Assembly (NCBI GenBank): GCA_051530055.1
Contig: JBMGUZ010000020.1
Location: 1 to 42,618 of the forward strand
DNA from: Neoechinorhynchus agilis
Lineage: Eukaryota > Animalia > Acanthocephala
Direction of reading: 5' to 3'
DNA length: 42,618 nucleotides
The notes beneath the pieces were generated by a model. The model saw only the letters and a list, made by a program, of their open reading frames with translations, searched no databases and had not been told where the DNA came from. Position numbers and translations under genes: made by a program. How positions within the stretch are numbered: the stretch's first letter is position 1; each line of letters starts with the position of its first letter. Of this stretch, positions 1 to 9,901 are shown piece after piece.

Positions 1-720
1 AAAAGAGGTCGCAGGTATCCTGAGATACGCGCCTCCTACATGGCATATGCCGACGACATCGTATTGATGTCCTCAACAGTCGAAGGAGCGCAACGCATGC
101 TAAATAGACCGTGCGAGAGGGCGAGTATGATTGGTATGACCATCAACTCGAAAAAGACGGAATTCTTGACGATTCCGCATGTCGTGCATACAGTCTCTGG
201 CTAAGGGCCGAATGGCGTTGAGCAATTAAAACAGATAGAGCGGTATGTCTATCTGGGAGCTGTCGTTCCTGAGGTGAGTGCGGATGTCAGCCGAAGGAGA
301 GCTATAGCTTGGAGAGCAATGGGGCAACTTAAACCACTGTTTGACAGTGTCTTTGCCAGACGAACTCCGTTCGAAGCTGTTTAGGGCTCTAATTGAGAGC
401 ATTCTCTACTACAATGCAGAGACCTGGACACTGTCACCAACGGCGACGAGGCAGTTGGACCAAAATCATTCATCTCTCTTACGTGCGGCGTTCAAGGTCA
501 GATGGTAAGATGGTAAGATAAAGTGACCAACAAAGCACTGTATAAGAGAGCCGGAGTCCAACCGCCCAGTGAATATTTGCGCCGCAGACGACTGCAGTTC
601 ACGGGCAATATAATTCGGTCCGAGGCATCTTGCCCACAGGTCGTGAACAGTTCCTTTTCTGGAAGCCAACGACATTGTATCTTAAGGGCAAAGGGAACTG
701 TCGTACATACGATGACCTGA
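1..720 (+). mobile_element. Degenerate non-LTR retrotransposon reverse transcriptase, RTE-like (runs off the window's left edge; pseudogenised)
   Basis: Frame 1 from base 1 reads ...YMAYADDIVLMSSTVEGAQRML...IGMTINSKKTEFL...YVYLGAV...RRRAIAWRAMGQLKPLF (YADD at 46-57). After frameshifts it continues FRALIESIL/YNAETWTL...LLRAAFKVRW and TNKALYKRAG...LRRRRLQFTGNIIR, a typical RTE-clade RT/thumb. In-frame stops (e.g. TAA 202-204) and frameshifts are present. Confidence 0.85.
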
Positions 721-759
721 TTTTAAGAGACGCGAATTGCCCGCATAACAGGACTGCTG

Positions 760-926
760 TCGTGTATTTTAGATCTCTTGCGGAGTCTAATTCTATTTGA
801 CAAGCTTATACCTATGGTGCAACGTAGGAAAGTAACGTTGCATACAATACAATGTCGCAGCGAATCAACGGGGCGATCCAACGCGGCAATGCCATTGCCA
901 TCAAGGAAGCTGCCGAACAATCATAA
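760..926 (+). mobile_element. Fragment resembling the C-terminus of a restriction-like-endonuclease non-LTR element (CRE/NeSL-like)
   Basis: 852-926 encodes MSQRINGAIQRGNAIAIKEAAEQS*. QR-x-x-x-AIQRGNA resembles the terminal motif recalled for RLE-bearing non-LTR elements. The upstream frame contains stops. Confidence 0.45.
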
Positions 927-1073
927 CATATGGGTAATGCGGATTTGATATGACTGCTAAATAAAATTCTGTGACTTTTAGTAAATATAAACAAGAAACG
1001 ATTTCATTTTAAATCAATGACCTACGCATAAGAAAAATCAATAAAAACATTACTAAAAGTTCGCCACAGAAAC

Positions 1074-3247
1074 ATGGATTCTTCCGACGAAATTGCGTCA
1101 TTCTCCATATTGAATTCGTCACAAATACGAATAAAATTTACAGCCGTGGTAAGGGCGACATTTTAAAACAGAACAAAGTTACCGGCTAACCATGCTTAAA
1201 ATGATAAAATACGATTTGGTCAATATCAACAAAGTTAGTAATGGCTGAATAAGCGAAATCGGCCAAAAAAATCGGTTAGATTAATGCCCTATTTATGGAA
1301 GTCGGTCGTTTAAGGTTATTTCTGTAAAATTGTGAATTCTAAAATATCGTGTTTGTTTATTGCAGATGCCGGATCCTCCATTAAAACGGATTCGGGATTT
1401 TATCCTGGATCGCGACCTTTCAACGTGCCCTTCGTCGGCGAATGAAAAAGCCCATATTGATTATTGCGATATGCTCATTGAAGCCTTTGAACTGACCAAT
1501 TCTACGATGCGTATTGAGCGTTCCATGGCGAAAAGGAATGAACCTTCGCCCTCTAGCAGCAGTGCTACGAATACTGCGATTTCGCTACTTAACAGCTTAA
1601 CTTACGAAAACGATTTACCACCGGTCAATGAGCTCAAGTGTCATGATTAATCTTTGATCTCAATTTCCGGATACAGTTTATGAGATCGAAGTGTATGAAC
1701 GCGATTCTAAGTTAGGAGAGCATTTTATACGTGGTATCGAGGATTGGGCTCCTCCAAGACCTCAACTCATTCTAACACGTCCTTCCATTGTCCACAATGA
1801 ACGATGTGCCGGTTGTGGGGCTATCTCAATGAATCGTCGTAACTGGCAGATTTGCGAATATTTCGGAAAGCAATTCTGTCCGGCTTGCATGCACGACGTT
1901 AGACACTACTTACCGGAGAAAATCATTTCTAATTGGGATTTTGGACACAAATATCAATTGAGTCGACGAGCTGTGTCGGTTCTTGACAAAAACCTAAACC
2001 AACCTTTCATTGATTTGGATATGGTGAATCCAGAGTTAGAGAAGACAGTAAGCGAGATTCGCCTTGTGAAGGAATTGCGACAACGTCTTCGAATTCTAAA
2101 ACGGCTCATTGGATCTTGTAAAAATGCTTCAAATGAACAGTATGATTGTCTAGTGGTTATTTGAGCGATCACCTTTTTGCCCCATTTTGGTACTGCCTCT
2201 AAAATAACAGTTTTCGACCTTTTGTTTTGTGGTCACGACTCCAAGTTTGAAACCCAAAATATACTTTTTAGAAAAATGTCATTCCTGTTCTTAGTGCAAT
2301 TATTTTGGCGGTTCAAGTTCAACTTACAAAACAGAGGCGATAAAAGAAATATTGTATACAATATCTTTTTCCATGGACACATTGTTTCGTTGCTTTAATT
2401 ATTCCCTAAATATTGAATATACTTTTAAAAGTGTGGGTCTTGACCCCAAGATTGAAAATCATTGCCTCTAAAATCTGATAATTTTTTAATCGATTTATGT
2501 GTCTTCTAGCAAGCCGGTTATTTTTTAATGAGGTGTTTAGATCATCCTTTACTCGGCTTTTTCCTTTACGTCTCCCCGGGAGGTATCTGAGGATCCGGAG
2601 GGTTCAGGGTGTTAATTTTATTGGCTTCCCTGATGCAATACATCAGTTAACTGTATGCGTAAAGGAAAAAGTCAAGGGATGTTCTAAACATCTAATTAAA
2701 AATTACAATAAAATTATTTTTAGAGCTGTTCAGCGTCTATTTAAAAAATAGCAATCGCTCATAGGCAAATTTGATTTACATTCCTTTATAATTTCTTCGC
2801 ATTAGACTTACAAGTGTTCTTGATTCTCTTTCTGGCTCACACGTCTACAACCAGTCGCATCTTTATTCATTGTTTGATCTGTTCCAGGTATAGCTGCCGT
2901 TAGCTCTCGAAAATCTCATGTTCGTCGTAGGTTAAATCAGGAAAACATCAGATAATAATCGATTCGATCATTAAAATATTCACAAAACACGTCCTTTCGT
3001 GCTCCAGTTGCTCATCAGCCGGCATGCAATGTTCAATGTGCAAGCAGGAAACTTTGATCTTTCCATTTGAGGAAGACGTCATTACTTGCATTTGTAAGCT
3101 TTCTTTATCCATCAACGCTCTAACCTGAATCTTTTTAAAGATTGTTCAACTCTTTGTCACAAGCAATGTTCATTGAAATATCAGCGAATAAAATGTTGCT
3201 GCTGTGGCGGCAACGGTCGACAACTACAGCAGCAACCAGAATCATGA
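1074..3247 (+). CDS. RUBCN: Rubicon/Pacer-family protein (Rubicon-homology DUF4206 zinc-binding domain), about 382-387 aa, no RUN domain
   Basis: Model: exons 1074-1148, 1366-(1624 or 1639), 1677-2139, 2806-2887, 2931-3093, 3141-3247; introns 1, 3, 4 and 5 are GT-AG and in phase. Motifs EKAHIDYCDMLIEAFEL, SATNTAISLL..LPPVNEL, RGIEDWAPPRPQLI, CAGCG..CEYFGKQFCPACMH..LPEKIISNWDF, YSLFDLFQVKSG, HVLSCSSCSSAGMQCSMC..LIFPF..CIYCSTLCHKQC match RUBCN/RUBCNL. RUBCN versus RUBCNL orthology is unresolved. Confidence 0.85.
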
Positions 3248-3300
3248 ATTTTTTTATTAAACTAAACCGATAAATCTCATTAAGACCAAGAATGTTAACG

Positions 3301-4161
3301 TTAAAGTAAATGTTTCTGTAATATGTCTTTAACTGGAGAGCATTCACCGCGACTTGTGTACCATGGCACTTCATTTAAGATATTTGCGACAACATGATCG
3401 ATATATTCGTCATAATCAGTCATTTTTGGTCTCTGAGCGCCGATCTCCTTTGTATTTACGCCCGATTCTCTTATAACCGGTAGACGCTCTCTTTCAAATT
3501 GAAAATTTCTCGAGCTTTTCCTATCCGAATTTCGAGACTTTAAACGATCTCTTAGTATAAGTAAGACGACAATTAGCAAGCAAAGTAGATAGATAAATAA
3601 AGAGAATTCTGGCTTTGTTTCCATTAGCACTTCAACGCTTTGTTCCAGATTAATATCGGTACACGTAATAGACATTATCGCTTTCTCGCTTCTGAGATCA
3701 ACGGTGTCATTAGGCGAAGTCGCTAAAAGGATTAAACATATTCGATACTTATCGAAGTTTTGGAACGTAAAATATTCATGTTCCCCAAATAGTGAACTAA
3801 ACTGAAACACCGATGAATACTCCGTGATTACCTTTGTTAAAAAGTCTTCGGTATCCAAGTTCTGCGAATAAACAACCATTGCCATATTCTCTGTGGAGTT
3901 AGAGGTGGTAGACGGCAATTGCACGTTGCACAAAATATCCTCAATTCCATTAAATCAATCAGCTTCTCTCAAGGCAAGAAAAAGAAACCAATTAAGTGTA
4001 TGGAAAAAGCAGTCCAATTTCGCTCTTGAGGTTGCATTTTCTACTTTGATGATCGAAGTGGCGTTATCAGCTGCAATGACTTCGGTTTCATTTATCCTTG
4101 AAAGTGGTACTGAATGGCTAACAAATATAAGCTTTAATAATATCCAAAAGTAATTCAGCAT
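3301..4161 (-). CDS. Type I single-pass membrane protein, paralog A (unknown family)
   Basis: Signal-peptide-like MLNYFWILLKLIFVSHS from ATG 4161, ectodomain with N-x-S/T sequons, TM segment KPEFSLFIYLLCLLIVVLLIL, basic tail. Interrupted by a hairpin segment with an in-frame TGA (3955-3957). Colinear with the neighbouring paralog. Confidence 0.65.
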
Positions 4162-4469
4162 CGTGATGGGTGCTTTTATTGAGAATAGCATTGTGTGTGT
4201 GCCAAAAATACCGAATGTGTAGATGAAAACAAGAAACTTGCTTACCTCAAAGCTGTTTTCCACATCTAGACTGTTTAGTCGCTATTTTAAACAAAATAAT
4301 TACAAATGTTTTCTTTTGAGAATTTTACTTTTCTGAATTTTGTTCAAAAAGCACGTCAACTACAAACTTAACCTATTTTAATTTTTCTACACGAAAAACC
4401 ATCCTACAATGCGCTTATTACATATTATTAAATAATCATACACTACAATTTATCGTTTCATTTGTGTAT

Positions 4470-5277
4470 TTAGATGAATTTCCGCGTGTCAATATGCCAT
4501 GGAGCTTCTTTTAAAATGCTATCGACAACGACATCGATATTATCTTTAAGTTCATCTGTTTGATCCTCATCGAATTCATCGTTAATTTCTTCAAGACTCA
4601 GTTCTCGTTTCTCATCAATATTCTCTTTTGTGTGTCTCTTCTTCGATAATTCGTCTTTCATTTTTGTCGTTTTTCGAGACTGAAGATAATATCGCAGAAC
4701 TATAGGACTAATAAACAGCAAGCAGAGTAAATAAATAAACAGAGAAAACTCTGGTTTGACGTCTATAGACACACCGATTTCCGGATCAAGATTAACAATT
4801 GTGCATAAAAAGGATTTAACCACGTCCTCGTTTCCAAGGTCTGCGTTTTTATTCACTGATTTTTCTAAAAGGACTACGCATATTGAGTATCGGTCAAGAT
4901 TCTGAACTGCAACACGTTCATAATCGCCGTTAAACAGATGCTTTAGGTGAAAACTTTGAGAATATTGAACGGTTACCTTAGTGGCATAGTCATAAGTTTT
5001 GACATTCTGGACGTAGACGATCATTCCTAGATTATCGGTTGTGTTGGCTATCGCAGGCGGCAAATGTACATTGCAAATAATGTCCTTGATTCCATCAAAT
5101 CAATCGGTCTTCATTTTTCTTATTAAGACCGATTGCCTTATGGAAATAACAAACAATTTTCATTTGTAAAGTCGCTACTTCACTGTTTTCAACGATAACT
5201 TCAGAAATTGGCTGACATCGAAGAACTGTGGCCCAAGAAAATAAAATTGAACACACAACCAGTTCTGTGCCGCTCAT
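4470..5277 (-). CDS. Type I single-pass membrane protein, paralog B (unknown family)
   Basis: Signal-peptide-like MSGTELVVCSILFSWATVLRC from ATG 5277; shares VEN..K..C(Y/F)FH, DI(I/L)CNV.LP, KPEFSLFIYLLCLL and D.VV..IL.E.PW with paralog A. The frame break is repairable by a 52-nt GC-AG intron (5085-5136). Confidence 0.65.
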
Positions 5278-5719
5278 GTTAAACTTTAAACCCACAGCGT
5301 TGTCTTGCGCAATTTAAGAGTGCGCTTAATCATAGACCTTTTGGTGGAGATAGTGAGCAAACGAACAGACTCATAGTTGAAAAAAAAGTTCAGATTTTAG
5401 GTCAGGTTGTCAAGTCCATATTTAACATGAACGAAGATTATGATTGTGCTTTCTTGTAGATTTACATGTGAGCGTGCGTGCGCGCACGATAAACAAATCA
5501 AAAAAACGACAAAGGTATCGATTATTTTTTGGACTCGATCATCGTAACCATGACGACGATGTATCATTAGTATGAATGTAAAGAAACGACGCACTTCCAC
5601 AAAATGTTAAAGGTACAGGCTATTACCATTTCAAATCCCTTTTCAAAAACAATATATTTTCTTTATGTACCAGATCGTTTCTATATTCCCAGGTTTAATT
5701 AACCTTAAAAAACTTTTAG

Positions 5720-6428
5720 GAGCAACCAAAAGGACTACGAGTTACGAGGCTACCAAAAGCAATTCCGAATAAACCGCCTAAACGATCTTTCAACCGTCCT
5801 TCTATGCGAATTCGACAAGGCAATAAGAACGCATTTATGCGATTGAATACAATGTGTGGTGAAGAATTTTCCGAGCTCGAAGAAGACAGTAATCCAGTCA
5901 CGGTCGTGCGTTTGAAGGAGCCTAAAAAAGTAAATCAAGAATCAACTTGTAGCGACAAACGTAAGACACGAACAGCGGAGGATTCGAGTTCAAGAACGCA
6001 TAATCTCACAATTGGTTTTGGTTCTGAAATTATGCACTAAATCTAAAAGCGAACAAGATTATCTTTATACGTACAGTATAACAAGTCCTCAAAGTGCGTA
6101 CGATGAATATGAAGAAGGGCATCGGTCGACTCTGGACACAATTCCTTCATTCGCAGATCTAAAGGTTTTTCATACGTCTCCAAGGAATGTCCAATTAAAA
6201 TCCAATAAGCCAAAGAATAGGAGTCCAATCGAAAATCAACGACCAGTTGACTTGAGAAAGCCTGTGCACAAATATAGTATTTTTGAGAACGTTACTAAAG
6301 GATTGTTGAGAGAAGACTTTGTTAAATGGCTAATGGACTTACCTGAGTTTCCAACAGAGAAAATAGCCGAAACGTCCGAGTACTTGAGTGACGAACTTTC
6401 GCGTAATTTTTATCTCATTCCAAAATAA
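5720..6428 (+). CDS. Uncharacterised protein; 5' exons unresolved
   Basis: Open frame from acceptor TTTTAG|GAG (5720) through 6040 and a second frame to 6428, joinable by GC-AG 5998-6049 or GT-AG 6015-6057/6021-6057. No recognisable domain. Confidence 0.5.
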
Positions 6429-6647
6429 ACTAATTTTGTTTCCAATTTAAAATGTAGAAATTTAGCGATATCATGTTGAGAAAGAGATCAACAGGAATTC
6501 ATAAAAATCATTCGAAATGAAATATCGATATGCATTGATCCCAAAGCCTTCTACTACTACACACAGGCACTCTGTTAAATGGAGCTCAACTCTTTTTTTC
6601 TGTTTCGTGCTAGACTCCGGTCATGCTCCTTAGACCACGAAGCCACC

Positions 6648-7892
6648 TCATACGAGCAATTCGTGAACGTTCATTGGCATTTCTTCGATGGAAGTACCAT
6701 AGAACTCTTCGATTCCTTTCAGATACTCTTTATCCTCGTTCGTGACAAAGTTTATAGCGACTCCCTTTCGACCAAATCGTCCTCCTCGACCAATTCGATG
6801 AATATAGCTTTCACGATCTTTAGGAAGATCGAAATTTATGACCAAAGAGACTTGTTGGACGTCGATTCCACGTGATAAAAGATCGGTAGTAAGCAAAACA
6901 CGACTTTGACCTTCCAGAAATCCCTGCATAATTCGGTTTCGTTCATCTTGATGCATATCGCCATGAATGGCAGCAACTGGATGCTGGCGCTCTTCCATTT
7001 CACGCTGCAGCCATTCGACGACCTTGCGAGTATTACAAAAGATCACTGATTGAGTGACCTGAAGACTAGCGTACAGATCGCATAAAGTCATAAGTTTGTT
7101 AGCGTCTTGTTGGACATCAACGTAAAATTGTTTAATACCCTCAAGAGTAAGCTCTTCCTTCTTAACTAATATCGTAACTGGATCTCGCATAAATCGATCA
7201 GTTACTTCAAGAACGGCATCTGGCATCGTCGCACTCATCAACACAACTTGTGTATCTTCTCCGAGATTTTTAAAGACATCATAGATTTGATCGGTGAATC
7301 CTTTACTTAACATTTCATCTGCTTCATCCAAAATGAACATCATGATCGAACTAGTGCGAAACGCTTGACGTCTTATCATGTCTAAAACACGACCGGGCGT
7401 ACCGACCACAATATGGACACCATTTCTAAGAGTTGTCATATCTAGATCAATACTGGTACCACCGGTACAAGCGTGGCATTTCACCTTCATGTAGTTGCCC
7501 AGAGCCACGACAACCTTTTGAATCTGGCGAGCCAACTCACGAGTGGGAGCAAGGATAAGTACTTGGCAGTCACTATTGCGGCAGTCCAGGCGTTGAATGG
7601 CAGCGACGGCATAAGTAGCGGTCTTTCCCGTTCCAGACTGTGCCTGAGCTATGACATCGTGGCCTTCGATGATGGGCACAATGGCACGCTGCTGAATGGC
7701 ACTCGGATGCTCGAAACCGTGAGCAAATATTCCACGAAGCAAAGGATCCTGAAGACCCATGTCCTCAAACTTTTGATATGTCTTTTCGAAATTACTTAAG
7801 ATTTCCTTAGAACCATCAGATCCGTCTGGTATCGGACTAGAAAACTTGGCAGAAACCGTGGATGGGTGGTCTGCGAACGCGTCAATATTCAT
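6648..7892 (-). CDS. EIF4A: Eukaryotic translation initiation factor 4A (DEAD-box helicase, eIF4AI/II type), intronless CDS, 414 aa
   Basis: [66 protein letters not shown]; the HRIGRGGRF form points to eIF4AI/II rather than eIF4AIII. Confidence 0.97.
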   Translation of the reverse strand: MNIDAFADHPSTVSAKFSSPIPDGSDGSKEILSNFEKTYQKFEDMGLQDPLLRGIFAHGFEHPSAIQQRAIVPIIEGHDVIAQAQSGTGKTATYAVAAIQRLDCRNSDCQVLILAPTRELARQIQKVVVALGNYMKVKCHACTGGTSIDLDMTTLRNGVHIVVGTPGRVLDMIRRQAFRTSSIMMFILDEADEMLSKGFTDQIYDVFKNLGEDTQVVLMSATMPDAVLEVTDRFMRDPVTILVKKEELTLEGIKQFYVDVQQDANKLMTLCDLYASLQVTQSVIFCNTRKVVEWLQREMEERQHPVAAIHGDMHQDERNRIMQGFLEGQSRVLLTTDLLSRGIDVQQVSLVINFDLPKDRESYIHRIGRGGRFGRKGVAINFVTNEDKEYLKGIEEFYGTSIEEMPMNVHELLV

Positions 7893-8080
7893 GATATTTG
7901 TCTAGAAAAACAAAGAAAAAAAGAAGCAATCTAATCATATCGTTGCGCCAAACATGTAGGTGTGTCCAATTCTAGTGACTTTAACTTTAAAAACTATAAA
8001 ATGATTACTTGCATTATTGTATTTGGGAAAGGGAAAATACTTTCTTTTTTTATTAGTTTTAAAACCCTCTTCAGGATGCC

Positions 8081-8127
8081 ATATTTCACACCGGTCGGAT
8101 AATTTCGATATTTTACGCCAAGGTTTG
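8081..8127 (+). repeat. 47-bp partial direct copy of the foldback element
   Basis: 8081-8127 matches 8288-8334 with one substitution. Confidence 0.8.
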
Positions 8128-8273
8128 CCTTTGTTTCGCAAGTTTCTTCGATCTCTCTTTCGGAATACACCGTTAAAGTTCCACGAATAAATTATATCTT
8201 TAATTAATATCTTCGCGGGAAAAGATACTTTTTTCTCTTAGTTTCGCCACCCCGACGGATTCAAATCTTTACT

Positions 8274-8400
8274 AATTTATTTCCCCGATATTTCACACCG
8301 GTCGGATAATTCCGATATTTTACGCCAAGGTTTGTGATTGCTTGTGGGTGTGACAATGTCGGAATTATCCGACCGATGTGAAATATCGGGGAAATAAATT
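8274..8400. mobile_element. 127-bp MITE-like foldback element with about 48-bp inverted arms
   Basis: AATTTATTTCCCCGATATTTCACACCGGTCGGATAATTCC (8274-8313) is the reverse complement of 8361-8400 with 1 mismatch in 40; pairing extends through TCCGATATT/AATGTCGGA. No clear TSD. Confidence 0.65.
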
Positions 8401-8867
8401 TTAAAAACAGACAATATAATGATTATTTCAACTTTTTTAAGTCAATTTCTGTCTAATTAAAAGAAGGGCAAATTTGTGCTTTTTGAGGTTAAAATAAGAG
8501 ACGTTTTACTATACAAATGGAGTATTGAAGATTTTAAAAGCAAACTTAAAAAGATGATTGGTACGGATAGACTCCTTTTTCTTCTTCTGAAACATAGCTC
8601 AAGATATGAAGGCGTAAGAAACAAGTGTAATACAATAAGACGAAACGTCTGTGCAAAAAAGCGCTTTTGTTAACAATTTTGAGGGCACTTTAAAAGTTAT
8701 TCATATTTGCGAATTTTCGGAAATAATTGAATTACTAGAGAATTGACATTTCTCGTACGTACCAATAACTAATTTACGGAGGAAATGTGATAAATAAAGA
8801 TATAATCTCTCAGAGGTTGACCTTTAGGCGAGTGATTGTGGCTTTTGAACAAAATGAAAGAAGGGAG

Positions 8868-9150
8868 ATGCCAAAAAACCGATGGTATGAGTAAAACGGC
8901 GATCCTTGAGTAGTGAAGAACGAAAAGCAATAAAAAAGCAGCAAGACTACAAATTACTAACTCACCCATCCGATCAGTGAATATACCCATAAAACCGTTC
9001 AGCCGAGCAGCAGGCGTGTATAGCACAGCTATCGCAACAGTTCTCAACAACACGAGAGAAGTTACGAAAGAACGCCTTCTACGTAGAAAAACTCCGTTAA
9101 AACAAATAACACTTGTGGATTTTAAGATCTCAAAACACAGACCCAAATGA
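8868..9150 (+). CDS. Possible small basic protein gene (speculative)
   Basis: Three open segments join in frame through two very short GT-AG candidates (8885-8913, 29 nt; 8977-9002, 26 nt), giving MPKNRCEERKAIKKQQDYKLL...KHRPK*. No homology recognised; a 130-aa antisense ORF overlaps. Confidence 0.2.
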
Positions 9151-9473
9151 ACGCAAACCATAAAAAATCCAAGCGGTGTCTATTACCGGTTCTGTTTTAA
9201 TATTTTGTTTCTTTCAGCTCGATAGCGCAACTATGAAAAAGCAGCGTGGCTTAGTACGTCATGTTCGGAGGGAAAAGTGGTTCAGTCCGTTTTAAACCGT
9301 TTCTTGTCGATTTGTACCTCTTCTATTTTCTACCTCTATAAACCTTACAAATTTAACGGGCTATTTCACATTTACTTTTAGCTTAAGTCGTTAGGCTTTA
9401 TTCGGCAAGATTAAACTCATCCAATTATCTCGTTTTTCACAAGGACGCACACAATTTAACGGCCACGATTTAG

Positions 9474-9742
9474 ATGATTGAAGTGATTTGCAACGATCGA
9501 CTTGGTAAGAAGGTTAGAGTAAAGTGTAATCCATCGGACACCATTGGCGACCTTAAGAAGCTTATTTCCGCTCAAACGGGAACAGCTTACGATAAAATAG
9601 TTTTGAAAAAATGGTGCGATATGTTCAGTTTAAGTTTTTATGAGTACAACTCTTTCTTAGGTACACAATCTACAAGGACGCCATCACTCTCGAGGACTAC
9701 GAAATATCTGACGGAATGAGCCTTGAGCTTTATTATCAGTAA
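9474..9742 (+). CDS. UBL5: Ubiquitin-like protein 5 (Hub1), 73 aa
   Basis: [47 protein letters not shown]|[26 protein letters not shown], with a 47-nt GT-AG intron at 9614-9660. Confidence 0.96.
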
Positions 9743-9901
9743 AATATTCGCAATTTCTTCAGCAAAAATGGGTCGATCGAGAGTCTTAAATGAGTGCTTT
9801 ACTTATTACAAATACAAATCAATGACTTATTCTTGTTCGACGGCATTTCTACAAACATACACGCCAGCGATTCTTTATTAATTAGAAAAAATCGTGGAAG
9901 A

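Noticed and set aside
2162-2761. Short inverted repeats near both ends of Rubicon intron 3 (TGAGCGAT/ATCGCTCA; CTCTAAAATAA/TTATTTTTAGAG)
   Set aside because: Too short and imperfectly nested to call a MITE; possibly a decayed insertion.
3940-5142. IRE1/XBP1-type unconventional intron
   Set aside because: Single long stems without the paired 7-nt CNG-CNG loops.
5550-5719. Upstream ATG exon of the unknown gene containing an in-frame TAG (5568-5570)
   Set aside because: Phases do not join consistently and the segment may be 5' UTR; no homology anchor.
6579-7799. Plus-strand ORFs 6579-6875 and 7473-7799
   Set aside because: Antisense shadows of the eIF4A CDS.
8769-9161. 130-aa hydrophobic minus-strand ORF
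   Set aside because: No recognisable homology; equally explained as antisense to a possible plus-strand gene.
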